Shown here piece by piece: positions 42,668 through 52,025 of a stretch of 64,000 nucleotides of DNA. The notes beneath the pieces are model-generated. The model did not search any database. It worked only from the letters and a program-made list of their open reading frames with translations, and was not told where the DNA came from. Within the stretch, counting starts at the first letter, position 1; each line of letters starts with the position of its first letter. This stretch comes from a virus. Location: the IMG/VR virus record IMGVR_UViG_3300043754_000046, positions 9,981 to 73,980 of that record. The stretch is one strand, 5' to 3'. The translations under genes and the position numbers were made by a program.

Positions 42668-45600
42668 TACAGCCCCCTCGCCAACTGCTTCATCCGCGCG
42701 TTCTGCGTCAGAGCCTGAGCGAACTGATCGGCAGCCTGCTGGGCCTGCTGTGCAGTCATCCCTGTTCCAGAAATAACGAACTGGACGGCGCCGCTACTGA
42801 AATTCAGTGTGATGCCGCCGGAAGAAGGCACTACCGAAGACTGGCCGGTGGCCGCGTCCTTGACGTTCACGACGTCCCGCATGAGAGCCTGTCGGATAGT
42901 GTCGGCCTTCGGCTTTTCAATGATCATCTCGCCCTTGTGCACCATGGCGACATGGTCCTGAGGGATCTCCCACGCCCCGACCGCGTATCCCTGCGGCGGC
43001 AGATCGGGGTTGGCCTGCTGAACGTTGGAGATGTTCTTGTAGCGCCCCTTTATGTAATCAGCAGACGCGGCAACGCTCGCAGCAGGATCAAAGGGATCGT
43101 CCGGAAGGCTCTTCGCGCGGAATGATTCGAAGGTCGGCCTGATGACCTGCATCAAGCCCTGACTCGGCGTCCCGGCCTTCGCGTTGCTGTCGTAATTGTT
43201 CTGGGCCTTGGCGTTGAACGACGACTCCCGATAGGCAACCGTGACGAGCCCTCGCGCCCAGGCGGCACCACTGACCCCGGCGGCGGACATTCCCTTGAGT
43301 ACCGCCGTCTTCACCCAGGCCGGAGGCGCTGGAATATCAGTGGCCTTGCCGTGGATGGGCCCGAAGTTGTAATTACCGGCGTCAGCCGACCCTACTCCGT
43401 CACCCGCCGACGTGGAGGAATCATTCATCGGAGAAGTGGCAACCGAATGCTGTACTCCAGCGAGAGCGGACGTGATCGCGTCGACCTCTTCAGTGCTTCC
43501 GTACGCGTTGCCCAAACTGCTGGCCCCGGAGTTGCCCCCCGCATTGTTCGCCTGGCTCTTCTGCGTATTGGAGGTCTGATCGGTTGCTCCCGAATACGAT
43601 CCGACGGATCCGACGATGCGCCGGATAGCAACATACTGACCGTATTCAGACACGGGAGAAATTCTGATGTTCTCGCCTGTACGCGGAGCCTCAACGATCT
43701 TGTTGTTGCCCAAGTACATGACCACGTGCCCCGGGTAGGGGAACATCAAGTCACCAGGGCGGGCATCCGCTTGCTTGACCGCCTGGCCCACATTCATTTG
43801 ATCTTCACTGACACGCGGAAGCTGCACACCGATTTGCCGGTAGGCGTATTGCATAAGGCCAGAGCAGTCAAATGCATCAGGCCCGGTTCCACCCCATTGA
43901 TAGGGCTTTCCCAGCTCGCTCAGCGCGGCCTCGATGGCTGCGGCTGCCGTCTTCCCCGCAACAGGCTGCCCCGAGCTGGGCGACGCACCACCCTTCGAGG
44001 ATCCCGCAGCACCGCCTTGGCGCCCGTCGGTGGATGTAGTGCGCGAATTGCGGAACAGATTCCAACCCACACCGATCGTGCCACCGATTGCGGCACCGAT
44101 GCCCGTGCCGATACCCGGGACAACCGAGCCGATAGCCGCACCGGTTGCCGCCCCGGCGCCCGCGTCGACCAGCAGGTTTGCAGCACCACGCGCCTTGCTG
44201 TTCTTAATGTGACTCGTCGCCTGGTGCCCGAAGTGCGCAATGCCGTATGCGCCTACCAGTCCGGTCGCCACCGGCAAGGCACCCGCCAAAAGGCTCCCCG
44301 CGCCACCTGCCAGCAGTCCGCCCTCGCCGAGCCCTCCGGCTCCCAGCAGCGAGCTGGCCCCACCTCCCAGGAGCCGTCCCCCGAGGCCACGCATGAGCAT
44401 GCCTCCACCCAGTCCGCCAAGGAGGCCACCGAAGGTGGTACCCCAGCCAGCACCGGCGCCGAGAATCTGCTTGATCCCAGGCGTATTGACAATGCTGTTG
44501 ACCAGGTTGGTGAATTTCGTCAGAGCGGCATTGGCATCTTTGAGAGCGGGCCCGAACTGGTCGAGCAGATCATTGGTGGTTGTGTTCTTGGCGGCCGTGA
44601 CGTTCTTCTGGCTCTGAAGAATCGAGTTCGTTATGCCGATGGACTGCAATTTCTTGCCTGCGGCGTCGCCTGCGCTTCCACCCGCCTCATATTGGTTCAT
44701 CAGTGAGGTGAATTGCTGCTGGCTCATCCCGTGCAGGCTGGCAGTGTTCTGCGCAGTGATGTAGTTTTCCAGCGCTGTAACCGTGCTCTGATCACCGCCC
44801 GCGCTTTTCACATACGCCGCGATGTTCGCGTTCAGGTACCCATTCTGGCCCAGCGATGCGGCCAGCTCTTGGGGCGAGACGGTGGTGCGCCCGTTCATGG
44901 TCTTCCGGAAGATGGAAGACGCGACATTGCCGATGGCATTTCTGCTTATCTGTCCGTTGCCGCCCAGCGCAGGCGTGTAGCCGTACATAGTCGACGCGTA
45001 ATACCCTCGGGCCGACGTAAGAGATCCGAACATCGACGCAAGCGAAGCCGCGTCCATGGTGGGATTGACGAGAGACAGATCCTTGATGTTCCCCAGGTAG
45101 GAGGAGAACTGCGGGTTCGCCTGCCGAGTTCCTGGCGTCAGATTCAGGAACCCTGAATTCTGGCTCGCAATGAATGCTGCCTTCGACGCGTCATTCGCGC
45201 TCTGCGCCCACAGCGTCGTGTGCTGCCCCTGGGACCCGAATATCTGCTTACGCAGCGCGTTGATGGCGCTTCCGCTGGTTCCGTCGGCACCGATCGGAGA
45301 GCCGTTGAGGATCCCCGCCCATTGCGCGTAATTATCGAATTCGGTCGCGGGCTTGAGCATGGAGTTGCCGAGATTCTGGAGACTCTTCGTGAAGGCCGTG
45401 AAAATCTTCCCAGCGCTCGGCATGCTGGGCTGTGGAACACCGGCACCGATGGTGCCGCCGCGATTCGACGTGTATGACGGACCTCCTCCCCGGCCGCCAC
45501 CGCCGCCCCCTCCTCCTCCACCACCTTGCGTTCCACCGTTGCGGCTGCCTCCGGAGCCACCGTTCCACCGGCCGCCGTTGTCTCCCCCGCCCGTGCCTCC

Positions 45601-46113
45601 GCCGCCACCGGCCGAGCCCCAATTCCGCGCGTGGAAAACATTCTCATCCCAGACCCCGTCTGGAGGCGCACCTGTGGTCCGCTCACGCCACGAGAACCCG
45701 GACCGGGGGTTGTACGCGGTGGTGCGGACTCGTGTCTGCCGCCCTCCTTCGGGACCCGGACCTTCCACCGTGCTCTGTCGCTGCCACCCCCCGTTCTGGT
45801 AGCGCGTCTCGCGGAAGGACTCGTTTTGTGGCTCGGCGGATCCCGGCACGGACACGGTTCGCCTACGCATCGAGTAGACGTTCCCGCTTGGGGTCCGGCC
45901 CGATTCCGTAGTGACCGGCGGCTGGTTGGCGGTGCGCGTCCGGGTGGCGAAGGCGGCACGTCCCTCGCCAGGAGTCTCGTCCCTCAGCGCCTGTGTGTTC
46001 TGCGAGACATTGCGGGCGAGCTGGTCGATGGACTGCTGGAGGTGATTGGCTCCGGCTCCGATGATTCTCCCCGCGCCGGGGTCAAGGGGTTCTTCCTCAC
46101 CGCTTGTTGCCAT
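42667..46113 (-). CDS. Tape measure protein with NlpC/P60 and SLT domains
   Basis: Long Ala/Gly/Ser helical region; GKPYQWGGTGPDAFDCSGLMQY...GHV (NlpC/P60); RESSFN...SQGLMQVI..TF (SLT). Confidence 0.9.
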   Translation of the reverse strand: MATSGEEEPLDPGAGRIIGAGANHLQQSIDQLARNVSQNTQALRDETPGEGRAAFATRTRTANQPPVTTESGRTPSGNVYSMRRRTVSVPGSAEPQNESFRETRYQNGGWQRQSTVEGPGPEGGRQTRVRTTAYNPRSGFSWRERTTGAPPDGVWDENVFHARNWGSAGGGGGTGGGDNGGRWNGGSGGSRNGGTQGGGGGGGGGGGRGGGPSYTSNRGGTIGAGVPQPSMPSAGKIFTAFTKSLQNLGNSMLKPATEFDNYAQWAGILNGSPIGADGTSGSAINALRKQIFGSQGQHTTLWAQSANDASKAAFIASQNSGFLNLTPGTRQANPQFSSYLGNIKDLSLVNPTMDAASLASMFGSLTSARGYYASTMYGYTPALGGNGQISRNAIGNVASSIFRKTMNGRTTVSPQELAASLGQNGYLNANIAAYVKSAGGDQSTVTALENYITAQNTASLHGMSQQQFTSLMNQYEAGGSAGDAAGKKLQSIGITNSILQSQKNVTAAKNTTTNDLLDQFGPALKDANAALTKFTNLVNSIVNTPGIKQILGAGAGWGTTFGGLLGGLGGGMLMRGLGGRLLGGGASSLLGAGGLGEGGLLAGGAGSLLAGALPVATGLVGAYGIAHFGHQATSHIKNSKARGAANLLVDAGAGAATGAAIGSVVPGIGTGIGAAIGGTIGVGWNLFRNSRTTSTDGRQGGAAGSSKGGASPSSGQPVAGKTAAAAIEAALSELGKPYQWGGTGPDAFDCSGLMQYAYRQIGVQLPRVSEDQMNVGQAVKQADARPGDLMFPYPGHVVMYLGNNKIVEAPRTGENIRISPVSEYGQYVAIRRIVGSVGSYSGATDQTSNTQKSQANNAGGNSGASSLGNAYGSTEEVDAITSALAGVQHSVATSPMNDSSTSAGDGVGSADAGNYNFGPIHGKATDIPAPPAWVKTAVLKGMSAAGVSGAAWARGLVTVAYRESSFNAKAQNNYDSNAKAGTPSQGLMQVIRPTFESFRAKSLPDDPFDPAASVAASADYIKGRYKNISNVQQANPDLPPQGYAVGAWEIPQDHVAMVHKGEMIIEKPKADTIRQALMRDVVNVKDAATGQSSVVPSSGGITLNFSSGAVQFVISGTGMTAQQAQQAADQFAQALTQNARMKQLARGL

Positions 46114-46274
46114 TCACGCTCCTCCTCTCCCATTCCCACATGGTCTTCGCCGCCCAGTAGCGCCGCTGCCTCGCTGTCATCCCCCGCAAATCGGCAAGTG
46201 TCCAGCCGGGGAATTCCTTGGCGATGAGACCGATTTCGGCGTACGCCAGCTTCGGGTCAATCGATGCGAAAGAG
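46097..46274 (-). CDS. Second tail chaperone segment, probably reached by a +1 frameshift
   Basis: AYAEIGLIAKEFPGWTLADLRGMT.RQRRYW; in the +1 frame relative to the chaperone, with no RBS-linked start near the conserved part. Confidence 0.6.
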
Positions 46275-47129
46275 CTCGCCGAGCTCGATCGGCAGCCGGA
46301 CCTCCCGTCCACAGGCGTGTTCAAAGGTCACCGCGTCCAATCGCGGCCCAGGCTGTGTCTCGGCCAGGAAGCGGATGATCGACTGCCGGTCGGCCATCGA
46401 CAGGGACTTGGCCAGCGCCGGACCTCCCGCCTGCTCCTGCCCGTGGGTATCGACCACGCGCACCAGGACGCAGCCGAGGAGGGCCGTGTTGCGTTCGGCC
46501 AGCGTGGCGTCGGGCTTCTTGAAAATGGCCTCCTGAGCTGCCCCGTCCGGCAGACGTACGACGGCCGAACCGCCCTTCCGCAGTGGCACGGAGTACTCGT
46601 GCCGGGGCATGACCTCGCTCAGCTCACCGTCCTCGATCGTGGAGAGGTCGATGGTGGCGTCCAGTTCTTCCTGGCAGTGGGGACACCGCACCCGGCGCAT
46701 CGTCAGATCTCGTCCGAAGGTTGCGATCCTCACCCCGAGGAGCAGGGCATCCCGGTCACCGACGAGGGCCTTACGCAGCATCGCTGACGTAGGCGCCTGG
46801 CCCCCGATGCTGACGACTGCCCGCTCCAGCAGTCCCGTGACCCATCGGGCCACCGATCCCTGGATTCGGTCGAGCGCTTCCTCATCCTCACCAGTAAGCT
46901 CGCGCACCCGGGCGTCCCGCAGCAGCTCCCCATTCCAGTAGAGCCCGCCAGGCAGCGGCACATAGGTGTCAGGAGCCGGTTCGATCTCCGGCTCCTCCCC
47001 CACTGCATCGGCCATCACCTGAGCCATGAGCGCGTTGGTCGCCTCACCGCCTGCGGCATTCTCTGAAACCGAACGGACAGTTCCGTTCGCCATCAATCCA
47101 TCCCAGTCCTGATCCAATTCCGGCATCAC
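46257..47129 (-). CDS. Tail assembly chaperone / T4 gp26-like protein
   Basis: VRELTGEDEE, LVGDRDALLLGVRIATFG, CPHC, LSMADRQ; lies between the tube and tape-measure genes. Confidence 0.8.
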   Translation of the reverse strand: MMPELDQDWDGLMANGTVRSVSENAAGGEATNALMAQVMADAVGEEPEIEPAPDTYVPLPGGLYWNGELLRDARVRELTGEDEEALDRIQGSVARWVTGLLERAVVSIGGQAPTSAMLRKALVGDRDALLLGVRIATFGRDLTMRRVRCPHCQEELDATIDLSTIEDGELSEVMPRHEYSVPLRKGGSAVVRLPDGAAQEAIFKKPDATLAERNTALLGCVLVRVVDTHGQEQAGGPALAKSLSMADRQSIIRFLAETQPGPRLDAVTFEHACGREVRLPIELGELFRID

Positions 47130-47160
47130 ATACTCCAGTCGGTTAACGTCGCGGGATGAA

Positions 47161-47733
47161 TCAGAAGCCGACCGTGCTCGAAGGGCCTGCGTTCTTGTTG
47201 GCGATCACCACATCCCATCCCTCGTGAGCGAGGCTAATCTGCTCCATGAGAACGCCGTTAGCGCCCGCGTCGAGAGACCCGAAGGCAATGCTGGTCGGCC
47301 ACGCCCGGTAGATGCGCCAGGCCACCTTCACAGCCGCCTTGGGAGTGGTGACCGGGTGGTCGATCAGATAGATCGTGACGGTGGACCGGAAGTCCTTCGA
47401 CCCGTCATTGGAGCCCGTTCCCTGAACGGCAACGAAGATGTCCTGGAGCCACTTCTGGATTCCCTCGTCATCGGCCGTTGCCGCAATGCCCTTGGACAAA
47501 GTGATGGGGGCGAAGTCTGCCTGCCCCGGGAGCTTGCGGGTTGTGACGTTGTCACCGCCCTGACGGTATGAGATGACGTCAGTGGTAACCGACAGCCCGT
47601 CAATCGACATGAAACCGAACTGGGGCTTCACACTACTGAGATGCGGGTTGTCGAACATTACCTGGAACTTGAAGTTCCTCAAGGGGTCCGAGTTTATGCT
47701 CGACCTTGAGTCGACCTGCGTGACGGTAGCCAT
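47161..47733 (-). CDS. Tail tube protein (T4 gp19-like)
   Basis: DPLRNFKF, GF.SIDGL, YRQGG...KLPG...F.PITLSKG, W....AWP...LDA...VLMEQISLAHEG. Confidence 0.93.
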   Translation of the reverse strand: MATVTQVDSRSSINSDPLRNFKFQVMFDNPHLSSVKPQFGFMSIDGLSVTTDVISYRQGGDNVTTRKLPGQADFAPITLSKGIAATADDEGIQKWLQDIFVAVQGTGSNDGSKDFRSTVTIYLIDHPVTTPKAAVKVAWRIYRAWPTSIAFGSLDAGANGVLMEQISLAHEGWDVVIANKNAGPSSTVGF

Positions 47734-47742
47734 TCAGACTCC

Positions 47743-49284
47743 TTAACCGATGCTGGTGGAGGACGTGGCCCCGGAAGCGATCTGACCGATCTGAATGACG
47801 ATGTACTCGGCCGGGGAGTTAAGAGCGACCCCAACCTGAATGTTCACAATGCCGTTCGCCACAGAATTTGCGGTGTTGTTGGTGTCGTCGCAGATGACGT
47901 AGAACGCCGTGCCCTGCGTCGACCCCTGAAGGACGCCGGACTGCTGAAGAATGGACAGCTTGTCGGTGAGAATTGACGAGATCTGCGCCCACAAGATTGA
48001 GTTGTTCGGGGAGAAGATCGCGAAATTCGTCGCCTGTATGCACATGCGCCGGATAGCCTGAAGCGTCCGCCGGACCGCCACATACCGCGAGGGCATACCG
48101 CCCTGAAGAGTGCGTGCGCCCATGGGCATCACCCCGGCGCTTCCGGGCACCGTCCTGATGATGTTGATCCCGTATTGATTCAGCGTGTCCAGGTCGGAGT
48201 TCTGGAACGAAATCTGCGGTGATACTGCGCTGATCAGCGGATACTTGACGCCTGCCGCAGACTGCTGTGTGCCTTCATTTGCGTCGGCCTGCGCGAAAAG
48301 ACCAAGCATCGCGCCGCCGGGCGGCAGCAGCCTGGTAGCACCAGGTGCCGAGGAATTCGGGTCGCTGAAGTTCACCCACGGCCCGTACACAGCGGCGTAA
48401 CTGGTCGTGGTGAAAGGAGTCACCGCAGACGCGTTCAGGGGGCTCAACCCCCCGTAAGCAGCAACCGTGTTGGCGTAGGTGGAAGACGCCTGCGGGCTAT
48501 CGATCACCAGGAATTTAAATCCATCGCTTTGCGCCCAGGCGATCAGCGGGTTAAGGACCGTAGGATCGGACACGCCCGGCAGATTCACGTTGAGAATGCC
48601 GTCGATGGAAGACAGCAGCTGGGTTGCGGTCACCAGGCTGACCGCCTGAACGCCGTCCGTTCCCCCAGTCAGCGGCGTGCCGGTCTGCGTTCCAGGCGTC
48701 TGCGCCGTAGCCCAGGTCGCGGCACCGGTGTAGGTGGCCGTCACATACTGAGACCCCCCATTGACCGCGTTGATCATCGCAACGAGATTCCGGGGATCAG
48801 CAGGATTCAATGTCACATCCGTGTACTGCTCGACGGGCGTAGAGGTCGCCGAGCCGTAGTGGATGGACATATTGAAACGGCCCGCCGTCGTGCCCTGGAT
48901 ATCGATGAAGAGCTGGTTACCAGCGGCTCCAGGCGCGATGGCCGTCAGGGTGAGATCCGCAGCAGGCGTTGGCGTCTCCTGGCCATTCAGGTTGAGGCTG
49001 GCGAGTGTGGAGTCTGAGGGGGTGGCACGCACCACGTAGCAACGCGAGCCACCATTGGTGAAAAACTCGTACACCGCATAGGGAAGGTAGTCGGTACTCC
49101 CCGCAAATCCCTGGTAGAGGGCCAGGAACTGCGCCCAGGAGGTGATCAGCGTGGGACCTACAGGACCGGAGTTGTGAGCGCCGACAAAGGCCGCTGTCGC
49201 CTGGCCATCCGAACTGGGCGGCGTCACGAGGGGATTGAGGGACTCGCTGACGAATACCCCCGGGCGTCCCGTGATTACGGACAT
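47743..49284 (-). CDS. Tail sheath protein
   Basis: RPGVFVSE, FFTNGGSRCYVVR, AAVYGPW, PPGG..LG, LNQYGINIIR, GART, YVAVRR, PAEYIVIQI. Confidence 0.95.
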   Translation of the reverse strand: MSVITGRPGVFVSESLNPLVTPPSSDGQATAAFVGAHNSGPVGPTLITSWAQFLALYQGFAGSTDYLPYAVYEFFTNGGSRCYVVRATPSDSTLASLNLNGQETPTPAADLTLTAIAPGAAGNQLFIDIQGTTAGRFNMSIHYGSATSTPVEQYTDVTLNPADPRNLVAMINAVNGGSQYVTATYTGAATWATAQTPGTQTGTPLTGGTDGVQAVSLVTATQLLSSIDGILNVNLPGVSDPTVLNPLIAWAQSDGFKFLVIDSPQASSTYANTVAAYGGLSPLNASAVTPFTTTSYAAVYGPWVNFSDPNSSAPGATRLLPPGGAMLGLFAQADANEGTQQSAAGVKYPLISAVSPQISFQNSDLDTLNQYGINIIRTVPGSAGVMPMGARTLQGGMPSRYVAVRRTLQAIRRMCIQATNFAIFSPNNSILWAQISSILTDKLSILQQSGVLQGSTQGTAFYVICDDTNNTANSVANGIVNIQVGVALNSPAEYIVIQIGQIASGATSSTSIG

Positions 49285-49297
49285 GTACTCTCCTCAA

Positions 49298-49897
49298 TCA
49301 TCCCGGATAGCCGGGGTCGTAGTCGTCAACTGTGAGATCGACGCTCTCAACGCTCGGGAGCATGACTGGATCACCGAGCAAATACAGCTCAGTGGAGACC
49401 CGAATCCTCCACGTTGCGGTGAAGAGCCGTTTTCCGTCGCTATCCCGTCCCGAGCTGAGATCTGGTCCGCCCAGCACATCGAGGCGTCGCACCGTGCTGT
49501 CCTGCGGCACGGCCAGGTACCCGAACCGCTCGGGCAGGTAGTTGAACCCGCAGAGGGTCCTGAGAAGCGGGGTGCGGTGCTCAACGAGCCGCGTGTACAG
49601 GTCGATCTGGTAGTCGATGTTGTGCGGGATCGGCATATCCGCATACCAGGTCTGGGACGGATCGAACCCTTCGGGCAGCGACTGCAACTGAGTAAAACCC
49701 CGGGATTCCCGCTCAGGATCGCGCTGAATGTCCGCCTGAGTAATCGTGATCAGCGGATAGGTGATGTCACTGTACTCGTCCTCTGGCACAGTGAACCGCA
49801 CGACAACGGGAATCGGATTTGGCAGGGCGGCACCCTGCACCGTCAGGCCAGACAGCTTGACTTTAAGCGCCGCGTCCTCGGAGAGAAGCCAGGGCAT
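49298..49897 (-). CDS. Tail terminator / sheath stabiliser-like protein
   Basis: YPLITI, YQIDLYTR; immediately upstream of the sheath gene. Confidence 0.65.
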   Translation of the reverse strand: MPWLLSEDAALKVKLSGLTVQGAALPNPIPVVVRFTVPEDEYSDITYPLITITQADIQRDPERESRGFTQLQSLPEGFDPSQTWYADMPIPHNIDYQIDLYTRLVEHRTPLLRTLCGFNYLPERFGYLAVPQDSTVRRLDVLGGPDLSSGRDSDGKRLFTATWRIRVSTELYLLGDPVMLPSVESVDLTVDDYDPGYPG

Positions 49898-50020
49898 CGC
49901 TCACCCCTCTCCAGGCAAAGAGATAGCCTGAATCGGCGTGTTCGCAACTCCAGGCATTAATTCCTCACAGGGCGGGAGATCATCACTCCCAGAATGCCAC
50001 GTGGAAGGGAAACCCTTATA

Positions 50021-50053
50021 GAAAGAGAAAACCCGGCCCACAAGGGGCCGGGT
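50021..50053 (-). terminator. Rho-independent terminator after the spike genes
   Basis: ACCCGGCCC-CTTGT-GGGCCGGGT followed by TTTCTCTTTC. Confidence 0.75.
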
Positions 50054-50202
50054 GAGTTGCGGGTCAGCCACCGGCCTGCCATGCCCGCCGAACAGCCTTG
50101 AATGCTGTTCCTGCCACAGCCGAGGAAAGGGGAGAACCTCGGCACATCGACTGTATCCAACTGGTTCCTAGGGGTGTTACCCACGTCCCCTTCGAGGTTT
50201 CG

Positions 50203-52011
50203 TTAAGCAGGCTCGACAAGCATCCACATGACCGTGCTCGTCTCAGTGTTACTGGACGAGTTGATCGTGATGGAAGTCCCGGCAGCGACCGTGAAGGACA
50301 GTTGCCCGAGGGTCCCGGCCGCCGCCTGCCGGGAGAGAATCACCCGCGTAGTGGCCGTCACGCTGGTGTTGGGCACCGTCACAGTTCCAGCCGCCAACGT
50401 GGCCACACCCATGCGCGCGTTGGCGCCCTCCTTGATTGCCAGACCGCCACCAGCACTTCCAGCGATGATGGCCTTAGCGGTATTCGACCACGAAGTGAAG
50501 GCGCCGTTGGACTGACCGCCATTATTGATCGACAGGTACGAGTCGGTCTGGATTCCGCCGACGCCGGTCCGATACCAGAGGCCAGCATCAGGAGCTGCCG
50601 TGCCGGACCCGAGAACCATCAGACCGTCAGCACGCAGGATGACGCGCTGATTGGTATCGCCGACAACGCTGCCCTGCAAGATATTGCTGGCGGCAGCCGT
50701 ATGCGTCGCAGATGCTGTCCCAGACCAGTTCCAAGCGGCAGTAGCGGCGATTGTCGGTGCGGCAGTGGTACCGGTGGCGGTCACCACGTCCGGGCCGATA
50801 AGCACCTTTATGTTGGTGCCATCATTGAAAATCGCCTGAGTTGCCGCCTGTACATACGCCTGATTCAGACTGAAGGACGTCGTAGCAGCAGCGACAGATA
50901 TTCCATACTGCGGACTGGACGTGCCGCTCCCGTTGTCGTCCACCCCCGGGAAGACCGTCACGGCGCTGAGGACGATCGGGGTAGTGGCTCCGTGGGAGGA
51001 GAATCCGGCGTAACCGCCGCCGCCTGTACCACCATTACGGCCGTCGCGACGCAGCATGAGCCCGTCGAAAATGAAGGGAGGAGTACCAGTGGCGTCCACG
51101 TGGAGGCCATCCCAGCCGTTTCGGTCCGTCGAGCACCCACTCATAACGAGTGCACCGGAACCCTGACCTGAGCCCCAGGAACCCGTCAAGTAATAGCCGT
51201 AGTTGCCGTTCCACTCAGCTCGGCATCCGATCAATTGACTGTTCGCCAAATTGACGAGATTGAAGCCATTCGCATAGCAACCGATGGCCTGACAGTCGAA
51301 CATGGTGATATCGGTCATCTGGTTCAGCGCGTACCCATGGCCGTGGCAGTTGTCGACCATAACGGAGTACAGGCGCCATGAGTACGGGTACGCGCCCGCA
51401 TCCGTGTCCGTGTAGAGGCCGTTACCCGACATGTAGCGGATTGTGACTTGCCGCAGGACAACATTCTGCACGTTGCCCTTGCATTGAATTCCGTCGATCG
51501 CGCTCGCCGTGTACGCCGAACCATCAATCATCAGATCGAAAATGCGATGCTCAGCGGGGGTCGCACTGTAACCTCCGGTCGCGGCATCCTCGATGCGGAT
51601 AACTGCTACGCCGGAAAAACTGGCCAACGGCTGGATGTAGCATGCCGGGTTAGTAAGCCCGGCCGCCACCATCATATTTGAATGAGAGCCCACCAGCGTG
51701 ATCGCCGGGGGCAATACCAGGGGAGCCGATGTGCGGTATATACCAGCAGGAAGCAAGACCCTGCCGCCAACAGGGCATGCGTTGAGAGCGGACTGGATTG
51801 CCGCAGTATCGTCAGTGACTCCATCGCCTTTGGCGTGGTAATCGGTCTTCACATTGATGACAGGGAACTTGGCCATAGCGTTCGCGATGTCCGTTTGTTC
51901 CTGAGAGATCTCCACCTTGTTCTGGTCGAGATTCGTCAAGTCCTGATTGATAACCGTATCCCAGCCCAACTGACCGTGAACCGGGAGCGTAACGTCTCCA
52001 CTCATACTCAC
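50203..52011 (-). CDS. Virion spike/appendage with a pectate-lyase-like beta-helix
   Basis: NVKTDYHAKGDGVTDDTAAIQSAL...GIY, followed by parallel beta-helix repeats. Confidence 0.8.
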   Translation of the reverse strand: MSMSGDVTLPVHGQLGWDTVINQDLTNLDQNKVEISQEQTDIANAMAKFPVINVKTDYHAKGDGVTDDTAAIQSALNACPVGGRVLLPAGIYRTSAPLVLPPAITLVGSHSNMMVAAGLTNPACYIQPLASFSGVAVIRIEDAATGGYSATPAEHRIFDLMIDGSAYTASAIDGIQCKGNVQNVVLRQVTIRYMSGNGLYTDTDAGAYPYSWRLYSVMVDNCHGHGYALNQMTDITMFDCQAIGCYANGFNLVNLANSQLIGCRAEWNGNYGYYLTGSWGSGQGSGALVMSGCSTDRNGWDGLHVDATGTPPFIFDGLMLRRDGRNGGTGGGGYAGFSSHGATTPIVLSAVTVFPGVDDNGSGTSSPQYGISVAAATTSFSLNQAYVQAATQAIFNDGTNIKVLIGPDVVTATGTTAAPTIAATAAWNWSGTASATHTAAASNILQGSVVGDTNQRVILRADGLMVLGSGTAAPDAGLWYRTGVGGIQTDSYLSINNGGQSNGAFTSWSNTAKAIIAGSAGGGLAIKEGANARMGVATLAAGTVTVPNTSVTATTRVILSRQAAAGTLGQLSFTVAAGTSITINSSSNTETSTVMWMLVEPA

Positions 52012-52025
52012 ACTTCCCTCGTATG

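Noticed and set aside
49957-50184. 75-aa ORF between the spike and tail terminator genes
   Set aside because: It runs through a clear terminator, the RBS spacing is poor, and it has no protein-like features.
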